A DNA stretch of 64,000 nucleotides from Anaeromyxobacteraceae bacterium (lineage in GTDB: Bacteria > Myxococcota > Myxococcia > Myxococcales > Anaeromyxobacteraceae): assembly GCA_047602405.1 (NCBI GenBank), contig JASGHJ010000002.1, positions 1,376,001 to 1,440,000 on the forward strand, in the 5' to 3' direction. Positions 18,694-32,187 of this stretch are shown one piece after another (the stretch's first letter is position 1; every line of letters begins with the position of its first letter). The translations under genes and the position numbers were made by a program. Under the pieces are notes generated by a model. The model was not told the origin of the DNA, searched no databases, and saw only the letters and a list, made by a program, of their open reading frames with translations.

Positions 18694-20827
18694 ATGGGAT
18701 CCAAGTCGCCAGCCGAGTTGCTCGAGGCCCTCGCCGCCGCCGTGGTGGAGGCCGATCCGGACGAGAAGCGCTCCGTCGACGACGTGCGCACCGCGCTCGT
18801 GATGGCCCAGGACGCCGAGGCCTTGCCCCAGGCCGTGGCCGACGAGGTGGTCGAGCTCGTGAGCGGGCTCTCGACCGACCCGGGCGACGCGCTCAGGCGG
18901 CTGGGGGAGCTGCTCGGGGAGGGCGGCGGCGCACCGAAGCCCGCGCCGCAGCTGTCGGGCGCGGCCAGCGCCTCCCGCGACGCCGAGACCATCGAGCTCA
19001 TCGGGGACTTCCTCGAGGAGGGCACCGAGGGGCTCGCCCGCGCCGACGAGATGCTGCTCGCGATCGAGAAGAGCGGCCCCGACTCGGACAAGACCCACGC
19101 GCTCTTCCGCGTGTTCCACACGATCAAGGGCGTCGCCGGCTTCCTCGAGCTCTCCGAGATCGTCTCGCTCGCGCACATCACCGAGACGCTCCTCAACCAG
19201 GTCCGCGAGGGCAAGCAGGTCCTCGAGGGCGTGGCCTTCGACGTGGTGTTCGAGTCGACCGCCGCCCTGCGCCGGCTGCTCGAGTCGCTCCGCAAGGCGG
19301 TGGACGCGCAGACCGCGCTCCACCCCGACCCCGAGGTGCCCGGCCTCGTCGCCCGCATCGAGGCGGCGATCGCGCCGGACGGCGAGGAGGGCCCGGCCTC
19401 GCAGCAACCGCCCGGCTTCGTCACGAAGAAGACCGCGGACTACTTCGTCCGCAAGCCCGCCGAGGCGGCGGCCGCGGAGGTCGGCGCGGTGGCCCCGGTG
19501 ACCCCGGCCGCGCCCGCGCTCCCGGCGGTGCCCGCCGCCCCCGCGGCCCCGACCCCGCCGTCCGCTCCCCAGGGCGCGGCGGGGCAGGGCGGTGGCTCCT
19601 CCGGCAGCGGCGAGGGTGCCCAGCTCCGCGAGACGGTCAAGGTCGATTCTCGAGCGCGTCGACTCGATGGTCGAGATGATCGGCGAGCTCATCATCGTCG
19701 AGTCGATGGTGATCCACGCCCCCGAGATCGGGAAGATCGGGTCGCTCAAGCTCCGCAACTACCTGAACCAGCTCTCCAAGATCAGCCGCGACCTGCAGAA
19801 CGTCGCGATGCGGATGCGCATGGTCCCGGTCCGCGGCGCGTTCCAGAAGATGGCGCGCCTCGTGCGCGATCTCTCCCGCAAGACCGGCAAGGACGTCGTC
19901 CTCGAGCAGTCGGGCGAGGACACCGAGATGGACCGCAGCATGGTCGAGCGCATCGAGGACCCGCTCGTCCACCTCGTGCGCAACTCGATGGACCACGGCA
20001 TCGAGTCCGCCGCCGACCGGGTCGCCGCCGGCAAGCCCGCCCGCGCCACGGTGCGCCTCTCCGCGTACCACGAGGGCGGCTCGATCGTGGTCGAGCTGAC
20101 CGACGACGGCCGCGGCCTCAACCGCGAGAAGATCCTGAAGAAGGCGGTCGAGAAGGGGCTCGTGGAGAGCGGCAAGGACCTCACCGACGCCGAGGTCCAC
20201 GCGCTGATCTTCCTGCCCGGCTTCTCCACCGCCGCCCAGGTCACCGAGATCTCCGGCCGCGGCGTCGGCATGGACGTCGTGAAGCGGAACATCGAGGGCA
20301 TGCGCGGCCGCGTCACCGTCACCTCGCGGCCGGGGCAGGGCACCACCTTCCGGATGGTGCTGCCCCTCACGCTCGCGATCATCGACGGCATGCTGGTCGC
20401 CTGCGGGACCGAGAAGTACATCGTGCCCAGCCTCTCGATCGTCGAGTCGCTGCGCCCGACCGAGGACATGATCTCCCGGGCCGCCGGGCGCGGCGAGATC
20501 ATCAACGTGCGCGGCGAGATCCTCCCGCTCCTGCGCCTGCACCAGCTCCTCCAGATGACCGGCGAGGAGCGGGCGGTCACCGACTCCCACGTGGTGGTGG
20601 TCGAGGGGCTCGGCAAGAAGGTGGGCCTCGTCGTCGACGACGTCCTCACCCAGCAGCAGGTCGTCATCAAGCCGCTCGGCAGCGGCATGGGCGACACCGA
20701 CTTCCTCTCCGGCGCGGCGATCCTCTCCGACGGGCGCGTCGGCCTGATCCTCAACGTGGACCGGCTCGCGATCCTCGCCTCGCTGAGCGGCAGCCGCGCC
20801 CGCGAGGCCCGCGCCGTGGGCGCCTGA
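18694..20827 (+). CDS. cheA: Chemotaxis histidine kinase CheA (apparent +1 frameshift at ~19647)
   Basis: HPt FRVFHTIKGVAG; HLVRNSMDHGIE, DDGRG, SGRGVGMDVV, CheW domain. Removing one T from GATTC restores VKVDLERVD. Confidence 0.93.
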
Positions 20828-20837
20828 CGGGGCGACC

Positions 20838-21653
20838 ATGGAAGCCGAGACCTTCCAGGCCTTCCAGGAGCTCGCCTACTCGAAGGCGGGGATCTTCCTC
20901 CGCCAGGGGAAGGCGGCGCTCGTCCAGGCGCGGCTCGCGAAGCGGCTGCGGGAGCTCGGCCTCGGCAGCGAGCGCGAGTACCTCGGGCGGCTCAAGGGCG
21001 AGGGCGGCGACGAGGAGCTCGTGCTCTTCCTCGACGCCATCTCCACCAACTTCACCAAGTTCTTTCGAGAGAACGACCACTTCGAGTCGCTGAAGGAGCA
21101 CGTCTCGGCCCTGCGCAAGGCCGGCCAGCGCCGCTTCCGCTTCTGGTCCTCGGCCTGCTCGTCGGGCGAGGAGCCGTATACCGCCGCGATGGTCCTCGAC
21201 CCGATCCTCGAGGGCTGCGACTGGAAGATCCTCGCCACCGACATCTCCACCCGCGTGCTCGCCCGGGCCGCGGACGGCGTCTACAACGAGGAGGAGATGG
21301 AGCCGGTGGCCGAGCCGCTCCGGCAGCGGTTCTTCCAGCTCGCGCCCGCAGGCGGCGATGGCGCGCGGCGGTACGAGGTGAAGCAGAAGCTCAAGGAGCG
21401 GATCGTCTTCCGCCGGCTCAACCTCGCGGCGCGCCCGTACCCGATGAGCGGCCCGCTCGACACGATCTTCTGCCGGAACGTGATGATCTACTTCGACCGG
21501 CCCATGCGCGAGGGGCTGGTGCGGGAGTTCGAGCGGCTGCTCAGGCCGGGGTCGCCGCTCTACATCGGCCACTCCGAGACCCTGAACGGCATCCCCACGC
21601 GGCTGCGGACCGAGCGTCCCTCGATCTACCGGCAGCCCGAGGAGGCGCGGTGA
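20838..21653 (+). CDS. cheR: Chemotaxis methyltransferase CheR
   Basis: TNFTKFFRE, WSSACSSGEEPYT, ATDIS, FCRNVMIYFD. Confidence 0.96.
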   Translation: MEAETFQAFQELAYSKAGIFLRQGKAALVQARLAKRLRELGLGSEREYLGRLKGEGGDEELVLFLDAISTNFTKFFRENDHFESLKEHVSALRKAGQRRFRFWSSACSSGEEPYTAAMVLDPILEGCDWKILATDISTRVLARAADGVYNEEEMEPVAEPLRQRFFQLAPAGGDGARRYEVKQKLKERIVFRRLNLAARPYPMSGPLDTIFCRNVMIYFDRPMREGLVREFERLLRPGSPLYIGHSETLNGIPTRLRTERPSIYRQPEEAR

Positions 21654-22129
21654 ACCTCATCACGGTCGGCATCGGCGGCCTCGAGGTGAGCGACGACCGG
21701 GGGTCGGTCATCATCACGCACGGCCTGGGGTCCTGCATCGCGGTGGTGCTCTACGACCCGATCCGCAAGGCGGGCGGGATGCTGCACTTCCAGCTCCCCG
21801 CCGCGCAGCTCTCGCCCGAGCGCGCCCGGCAGTCGCCGGGGACCTTCGCGGACACCGGGATCCCGCTGCTCTTCGAGAAGATGTATGCCCTGGGCAGCCA
21901 GAAGCGGAACATCGTGGTGAAGGCGGCCGGGGGCGGTAACTTCCACGGGGACTCGGGCACCTTCGACATCGGGAAGCGGAATCACACGACGATGCGGAAG
22001 ATCTTCTGGAAGGCGCAGGTGCTGGTCGCCGCCGAGGACGTGGGCGGCAACCGGTCGCGCACGGTCCGGCTGTTCCTGGACACCGGGCAGGTGACGGTCC
22101 AGTCCGGTTCCGAGGTCTTTCCGCTGTGA
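21650..22129 (+). CDS. cheD: Chemoreceptor glutamine deamidase CheD
   Basis: GLGSCIAV, GGMLHFQLP, FADTG, IGKRN, EDVGG. Confidence 0.95.
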   Translation: MNLITVGIGGLEVSDDRGSVIITHGLGSCIAVVLYDPIRKAGGMLHFQLPAAQLSPERARQSPGTFADTGIPLLFEKMYALGSQKRNIVVKAAGGGNFHGDSGTFDIGKRNHTTMRKIFWKAQVLVAAEDVGGNRSRTVRLFLDTGQVTVQSGSEVFPL

Positions 22130-22149
22130 GCAGTGGTGCGGAGGCGAAC

Positions 22150-22545
22150 GTGGCTCTCGACTTGCTGATCGTGGACGACTCGCCGGTGACGCGGAAGATG
22201 GTCCGCCGTGCCGTGGGCCTGGCGGGGCTGGAGATCGCGACGGTGCACGAGGCCGGCAACGGCCAGGAGGCCCTCGCGCAGCTCCAGCAGCACCGCGTGG
22301 ACCTGGTGCTCGCGGACATCAACATGCCGGTGATGAACGGCATGGAGCTCGTGGAGCGCATGAGCCAGGACCCGGGCCTCTCGAAGGTGCCGGTGGTCAT
22401 CGTGGCGACGCCCATGAGCGAGCAGCGCGTGGAGCGGCTCCTCGACATCGGGGCGCGCGCGTACCTCGCGAAGCCGTTCCGCCCCGAGGCCCTGCGCGAT
22501 CTCGTGGTGGAGATCCTGGGAGAGAAGGGGAACGCCCATGCATGA
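22150..22545 (+). CDS. cheY: CheY-like response regulator
   Basis: LIVDDS, DINMPVMNG, KPF; GGAGG RBS before GTG 22150 (alternative start 22126). Confidence 0.88.
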   Translation: MALDLLIVDDSPVTRKMVRRAVGLAGLEIATVHEAGNGQEALAQLQQHRVDLVLADINMPVMNGMELVERMSQDPGLSKVPVVIVATPMSEQRVERLLDIGARAYLAKPFRPEALRDLVVEILGEKGNAHA

Positions 22546-23005
22546 GCCCACCCCGGACTTGCTCGCCGACGTCCTCGGGAGCGTGCTCCAGGACTCGGCC
22601 TTCATCTTCGCCGAGCCGGTGGACGAGCCCGAGCCGTTCGAGGCGCAGGTGTGCGCGGCCGAGCTCGCGTTCGACTCGGTGCGCGGCGGCGTGCTCCGCC
22701 TCGTCACGACCCCCCGCGGCTGCGTCGAGATCGCCGCCAACATGCTGGGGCTCGACGCCTCGGACCCGGAGGCCCAGGAGCAGGCCCGCCCCGCCCTCGC
22801 CGAGGTCCTGAACGTGGTCGGCGGCGCCTTCGTCACCCGCTTCTTCGGGACCAAGGTGCCGAGCCAGCTCGGGCTGCCCGCCACCCAGGTGCTCGACCGG
22901 CTCACCGAGCGGCGGCGCACCTGCGTGACCGTGCTCCGGCTCGAGAGCGGCGACCCGGTGATGCTCGAGCTCGACCTCGAGCCCGCCGCGCAGGCGCTGG
23001 CGTAG
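22538..23005 (+). CDS. cheX: CheX-like chemotaxis phosphatase
   Basis: IAANMLG, LAEVLNVVGG (E-x2-N), LGLP. Confidence 0.8.
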   Translation: MHEPTPDLLADVLGSVLQDSAFIFAEPVDEPEPFEAQVCAAELAFDSVRGGVLRLVTTPRGCVEIAANMLGLDASDPEAQEQARPALAEVLNVVGGAFVTRFFGTKVPSQLGLPATQVLDRLTERRRTCVTVLRLESGDPVMLELDLEPAAQALA

Positions 23006-23047
23006 CGCCCGGGGCCGGGCCGCCGGCCGCGCGCCGGGCCCGGGACC

Positions 23048-25322
23048 TCACCCCGCCGCGCCCGTGCGCACCACCCGGGCGAGCGTCGCCTGGAGCTCGG
23101 CGAGCGTGAACGGCTTCGCGAGCTTGGGCTGCGGTGCCGCCTCGAGCGCCTCCACGAGCTCGGCGCCGAACGCGCCACCGGTCATGAAGACGAACCGCCG
23201 CGCGACCCCCGGTACGCGCGCCTCGAGCGCCCGCGCGAGGGCGAGCCCGTCGAGCTCCGGCATCATCACGTCGCAGAGGATCGCGTCGAACCTCGCCCCG
23301 GCCGCGAGCAGGTCGAGGGCCGCCCGGGACGACGAGAGCGTGGTCACCTCGTGGTCGGAGGCGAGGAGCCGGGTGAGCGCGCTCGCCGCGAGCGGCTCGT
23401 CGTCCACCACCAGGACCTTCGGGCGCACCGCGGGAACGGGGCGCGGCGGCGTGACGGCGACCCGCGCCGGGGCGGCCTCCCCGGCGTGGGCGGGGAGGGT
23501 CACGCGGAAGGTGGAGCCGCGCCCCTCGGCGCTCTCGACCGAGATGGTGCCGCCGGCCGCGGTCACGATGGCGTGGCAGATCGAGAGGCCGAGCCCCATG
23601 CCCTCGCCGACGCCGCGGGTGGTGAAGAACGGGTCGAAGATCCGCTGCCGGAGCTCGTCGGACATCCCGCGGCCGTTGTCGGAGACCTCCAGCACCGCGA
23701 GGCCCGGCTCCTCGCGCGTGACCACCCGGATCTCGTTCCGATCGGACGGCGCCGCGGGGAGCGCCTGGCTGGCGTTCACGAGGAGGTTGATGACGACCTG
23801 GCCGAGCTTCGCCTCGGCGACGAGCACCGCCGGGGCGCGGCCGAGCGCCCGGATCACCCGCGCGCGGTGGCGGAGCTGGTTGCCGGTGACCCGCAGCGCG
23901 AACTCCACCGCGTCCTCGAGCCGGGTGGGCGCGTCGGGCTCGCCGCGCTCGCCGCGGCTGAAGAGGCTCAGGTCCCGCACGAGCAGGCGGATGCGCTCGG
24001 CTCCCATCACCGCCTCGTCGAGCGCGCGCAGCACCTCGGCGTGCGCCTCGTCGGGCGCGGCGCCCTCCTGCGGCTCCAGGCGCTGCCGCACGAAGGAGAG
24101 GTTGGACAGCACGAACGCGAGCGGGTTGTTGATCTCGTGCGCCATCCCCGCCGCCATCGTCCCGAGCGCGGCCATCCGCTCGGTGAGCATGAGGCGGGCC
24201 TCGAGCGCGCGGCGCTGGCCGACGTCCTGGTGCAGGGCCACCACGCCGAGCAGGGCGCCGTCCTCGCCGGTGAGCGGGACCGCCACGACCTCGACGTCGA
24301 GGGGGCGGCCGTCGGCGGCGCGCAGGCGGACGTGGCGGGTGACGCGCCCCTCGTCGCGAACGGCCTCGACGAGGTCGAGGGTGTAGTCCCCGGTCTCGGC
24401 GACCTCGAGCAGGGACTCGAGCCGCTTCCCGACCGCCTCCGCCCGGGGGACGCCGAAGAGCCGCGCGGCCGCGGGGTTCCAGTCGGCGATCGCGCCCTCG
24501 AGATCGAGCACCACCGCGCCGTCGGAGAGGCTCTCGAACATGAGCGCCTGGCGCCGGAGCTGCTGCTCGATGGACTTGCGGTGGGTGACGTCCTGCACGG
24601 TCCCCGCGACGCGCGGCGGCCCCTCGTCGGACGCCGCGAGGGCCTGGCCGTGCAGCCAGGCCCAGGCCTCGGGCTGACCGGGCGCCCGCAGGCGGATTCT
24701 CGAGGTGGAGCGCCTCGCCGCCCGGGGTCGCCCGGACGAGGGCCTGCCGCAGGCGCGGCCGGTCCTCCGCCGCCACGAGCTCCCACGCGTCGCGGCCGCC
24801 CGTGGGCAGCGGCGCCCCGGCGATCCGCCACGCCTCGTGGGAGAGGACGAACGCGTCGGAGGAGGCCTCCCACTCGAAGGTGCCCACGCCGCCGGCGGCC
24901 ACCGCCTGGCGCAGCCGGATCTCGCTGTCGTCGGGCTGCGAGCGGAGCGAGAAGCGCAGCACCGTCCCGGTGCCGATCTGGACGCGGTCGCCCTCGCCGA
25001 GCGGCGCGGTCGACACGCGCAGGCCGTTCACGAACGTCCCGTTCAGGGAGCCGAGGTCGGTGATGACGTACCCGCCGCCGGGCTGGCGGTCCACCCGCGC
25101 GTGCCGGCGGGACACGCCCGTGTCGTCGAGCGCGATGCCGACGGCGCGGTCGCGCCCGAGCACCACGTCGTCGCCGTCGAGGTGGTGGACGCGACCGATG
25201 GCGCCCGCGAGCGGGGAGGCGATCACCACGAGGCACGGGCGCGCCTCCGCCCGGACCCGGGGCGACGGGGTGGCGTCGTCCGCGTCCGTGGAGCCGACCT
25301 GCGTCCTGTCGCGCTCGTCCAT
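23048..25322 (-). CDS. FHA-PAS-PAS-histidine kinase-receiver hybrid (EspA-like architecture); apparent frameshift at ~24697
   Basis: FHA LGR...VSRRHA...DLGSLNGTFVNG; PAS WNPAA; AHEINNP, FFTT, GMGLGL; receiver VDD...DVMMP. GATTC->GATC joins the two ORFs. Confidence 0.88.
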
Positions 25323-25556
25323 GCCGGACCGAGCGTAGCGGCTCCGCGCGCCGGAGCAAACCCACGTTCCCCCGATGTTCCCCTGTGGGTGAAGCGCCGA
25401 TGGAGACCGACAGTGCACGTCTCACCGGCGCTCGCGCGCGCGGGCTCGCCGCGGCGGTGCCGGTCTCGGGCGGGAGGGTGCGGCGCTCCGCGCGCCCGTG
25501 GCGCCGCGGTGCCCACCCGTACGGAACGGGACGGTCGGCGCCCCTCGGGGCGGCGC

Positions 25557-29508
<3,952 letters not shown>

Positions 29509-29532
29509 CGAGGCCTCCGGTGCGCCCGGGCG

Positions 29533-30081
29533 CTAGTTCGTGGTGGCCCGGTTGAGCTCCCGGACCTCGTCGTTCGAGAGGATGCGGGCGATGTCGAGCA
29601 GGAACACGATGCGCTTCTCGTGCTTGCCGACGCCGAGGATGAAGTCGTCCTCGATGGCCGCGTGGCCGAGCGAGGGGGCGGGCTCGATCTGGGCGGCGTC
29701 GATGGTGAGCACCTCGAGCACCTGGTCGACGAGGAGGCCCATGGTGAGGGGGCGGCCGTCGACCGTGCACTGGACCACGATGATGACGGTCTGGTCGGTG
29801 GCCTCGCAGGCCTGCATCCCGAACTTCAGGCGCAGGTCGACGACGGGGATCACCTTGCCGCGCAGGTTGATGACGCCGCGGATGAAGTCGCGGGTGCGGG
29901 GCACCCGGGTGATCTCCATGAGCCCGATGATCTCGCGCACCTTGAGGATCTCGAGGCCGTACTCCTCGCGGGCGAGCTGGAAGGTCATGTACTTGCCGGC
30001 GAGGCGGCGGCCGAGCTCGGCGGCGCGGCTCTCCTGGCCGGCGGTGGCGCTCTGGGGGGCCGTCACGGTTTCCTGGTTCAC
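29533..30081 (-). CDS. cheW: Chemotaxis adaptor CheW
   Basis: GVINLRGKVIPVVDLR, GLLVDQV. Confidence 0.96.
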   Translation of the reverse strand: MNQETVTAPQSATAGQESRAAELGRRLAGKYMTFQLAREEYGLEILKVREIIGLMEITRVPRTRDFIRGVINLRGKVIPVVDLRLKFGMQACEATDQTVIIVVQCTVDGRPLTMGLLVDQVLEVLTIDAAQIEPAPSLGHAAIEDDFILGVGKHEKRIVFLLDIARILSNDEVRELNRATTN

Positions 30082-30139
30082 GGTGTCTCCTCCTGCCCGG
30101 GGCCGGTTCGGTGCGGCGCTCGGGGGCGTGGACCCCTAG

Positions 30140-30155
30140 AGCAGGCGACGTGCCA
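30140..30155 (-). promoter_or_regulatory. sigma54 promoter for cheW-MCP-cheB
   Basis: Minus strand TGGCAC-GTCGC-CTGCT. Confidence 0.75.
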
Positions 30156-30296
30156 CGTGCGCTCCGGGCTCGCCCGTGCAACCCCGCGAGAATCGGGGCG
30201 TTTAAGGTGGGTGCCTGCCGCGGGCCGCCGGGTGCGCGAGGGTCCGGATCAACCCGGGTCGGGGGCGGGACACACCGAACCGCCCGCGCGGGTTCC

Positions 30297-31073
30297 CTAC
30301 TGCAGGCCCGCGCCCAGCATGTCGTCGCCCGGCTCGATCTCGATGACGAGCTCGATGCGACGGTTCTTCGCGCGCCCCGCCTCCGAGTCGCCGTCGGTGA
30401 GCGGGTGCGAGGAGCCGAGGCCGACCGCGGAGAGGAGCTGCGGGCGGGCGTGGTGCGCCGCCTCGACGTAGCTCACCACCGTCGCGGCCCGGGCCGCGGA
30501 GAGGTCCCAGTTGTTCCGCCAGCGGTCGCCGCCGACCGGCGTCTCGTCGGTGTGGCCCTCGACGCGCAGCTGCTTCTGCAGCGGCACGAGCTCGGCCGCG
30601 ATGGCGTCGAGGATCGGGAGCGCCTGGGGCCGGAGCACCGCCTGGCCGGCGTCGAAGAACTCGGTCGCCGCGAGGCGCACGGTGAGGCGCCGCCCCTCGA
30701 CCAGGATCGACACCGCCGCCTGCTGCTGCTGCTCGATCACGAAGGGGCGGATCCGCTTCTCGAGCTTCTTGCGGAGGTTCTCGATCTGCTTCTTCTCGGG
30801 GTCGGGGTTCTGCGAGCCCGACTTGAGCGCGGGGCCGCCGCCCTCGGAGGGCGGCCCGTCGAAGATGGGCAGCGCGCCGGTGCCGCCGGTGCCGGCCATG
30901 TGCATGGCCCACTTGATGGAGTCGGCGGCCTGGGTCAGCCGCTTGTTGTCCACGCGGGAGACCGCGTACATGACGACGAAGAACGCGAACAGGAGCGTCA
31001 TGAAGTCCGCGTACGAGACGAGCCAGCGCTCGTGGTTCTCGTGCTCCTCGTGCTTGTGCTTCTTCTTCGACAT
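30297..31073 (-). CDS. motB: Flagellar stator protein MotB
   Basis: WLVSYADFMTLLFAFFVVMY, EGHTD, NWDLSAARA, NRRIE. Confidence 0.96.
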   Translation of the reverse strand: MSKKKHKHEEHENHERWLVSYADFMTLLFAFFVVMYAVSRVDNKRLTQAADSIKWAMHMAGTGGTGALPIFDGPPSEGGGPALKSGSQNPDPEKKQIENLRKKLEKRIRPFVIEQQQQAAVSILVEGRRLTVRLAATEFFDAGQAVLRPQALPILDAIAAELVPLQKQLRVEGHTDETPVGGDRWRNNWDLSAARAATVVSYVEAAHHARPQLLSAVGLGSSHPLTDGDSEAGRAKNRRIELVIEIEPGDDMLGAGLQ

Positions 31074-31081
31074 GCGCGTCC

Positions 31082-31861
31082 CTAGGCCGCCTTCTTCTTC
31101 TCGTCCTCGCCGCCGCCCTCTTCGCCCGTCCAGGCCCGCAGCTTCTCCTCGAGCACGCGCGGGTTGATGCCCTCCTGGATCGACAGCACGCCCTCGGCGA
31201 TGAGCGTCTTGCGCTCCTTCTCGGCGGTGAGCTTGCGCTTGATCTTGTTGGCGAAGGGCAGGAAGAAGATGTTCGCCGCGCCGACGCCGTAGATGGTGGC
31301 CACGAAGGCCGTCGCGATGCCGCCGCCCAGCTTCGACGGGTCGTTCAGGTTCTCCATCACGTGGATGAGGCCGAGCACGGCGCCGAGGATGCCGATGGTC
31401 GGCGCGAAGCCGCCCGCGGTCTCCCAGACCTTCGCGCCGATCTGGTTCTCCTCGAAGTCGGCCTCGATGGCGGCCTCGAGCGTGTCGCGGGTCACGCTCG
31501 CGTCCACGCCGTCCACCACGAACTGCAGCGCCCGGCGGAGGAAGGGGTCGGAGACCTCGGCGAGCTTGCCCTCGAGCGCGAGCACGCCGTCGCGGCGGGC
31601 GACGCCCGCGTACTCGACGATCTGCTTCGCGAGCGGGGCGAGCTCGATCTTCGGGCTCTTGAACGCGAGCCCGAGGTTCCTCATGCCGACCTTCAGGTCG
31701 TGCATCGGGTAGGCGACCATCACGGCGCCGGTGGTGCCGCCGAAGATGATCAGCGCGGCGGTGGCCTGGAGGATCGAGCCGATGTGGCCGCCCTCGAGGT
31801 GCTGCCCGAGGAGGATCAGGCCGAGCGCGACGACGACGCCGCCGATGGTGGCGAGATCCAT
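31082..31861 (-). CDS. motA: Flagellar stator protein MotA
   Basis: ARRDGVLALE, GGFAPTIGILGAVLGLI, AFVATIYG. Confidence 0.96.
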   Translation of the reverse strand: MDLATIGGVVVALGLILLGQHLEGGHIGSILQATAALIIFGGTTGAVMVAYPMHDLKVGMRNLGLAFKSPKIELAPLAKQIVEYAGVARRDGVLALEGKLAEVSDPFLRRALQFVVDGVDASVTRDTLEAAIEADFEENQIGAKVWETAGGFAPTIGILGAVLGLIHVMENLNDPSKLGGGIATAFVATIYGVGAANIFFLPFANKIKRKLTAEKERKTLIAEGVLSIQEGINPRVLEEKLRAWTGEEGGGEDEKKKAA

Positions 31862-31864
31862 GGC

Positions 31865-32134
31865 TCACTCCTCCGGCGGCGTCGCCGGCCCGGGCGCCGG
31901 GGGCGCCGGGCGCGGGAACGGGACGACGTCGCCGGGGCCCTTGCGCTCGGGTCCGGCGAAGCAGCGCCGCTTGTAGGCCACGGTACGTTCCACCACCACC
32001 TCGCAGGTCTCCTTCACCATCAGGTGGAGGCCTCCCTGCAAGGTGAGGACCGTATCGGGAGTGGCCTCCACGAACAGGATGTGCTCGGAGTTCACCCAGA
32101 GCTCCTTACCGTCGAGGCGGGTCACGGGGATCAT
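31865..32134 (-). CDS. flbD: Flagellar FlbD/SwrD family protein
   Basis: MIPVTRLDG...VNSEHI...EATPDTV; canonical flgE-flbD-motA position. Confidence 0.9.
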   Translation of the reverse strand: MIPVTRLDGKELWVNSEHILFVEATPDTVLTLQGGLHLMVKETCEVVVERTVAYKRRCFAGPERKGPGDVVPFPRPAPPAPGPATPPEE

Positions 32135-32145
32135 GGCGGGTCTCC

Positions 32146-32173
32146 GGCGACCGGCCCCGGGGGGCCGGTCGCC
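32146..32173. terminator. Perfect GC hairpin just downstream of flgE (attenuator or mRNA-stabilising stem)
   Basis: GGCGACCGGCCCC-gg-GGGGCCGGTCGCC; no U-tract. Confidence 0.5.
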
Positions 32174-32187
32174 CGGGTCAGGTGAGA

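Noticed and set aside
30190..30210. sigma28 promoter upstream of cheW
   Set aside because: A TAAA is present on the minus strand but there is no correctly spaced GCCGATAA; the sigma54 motif at 30140-30155 fits better.
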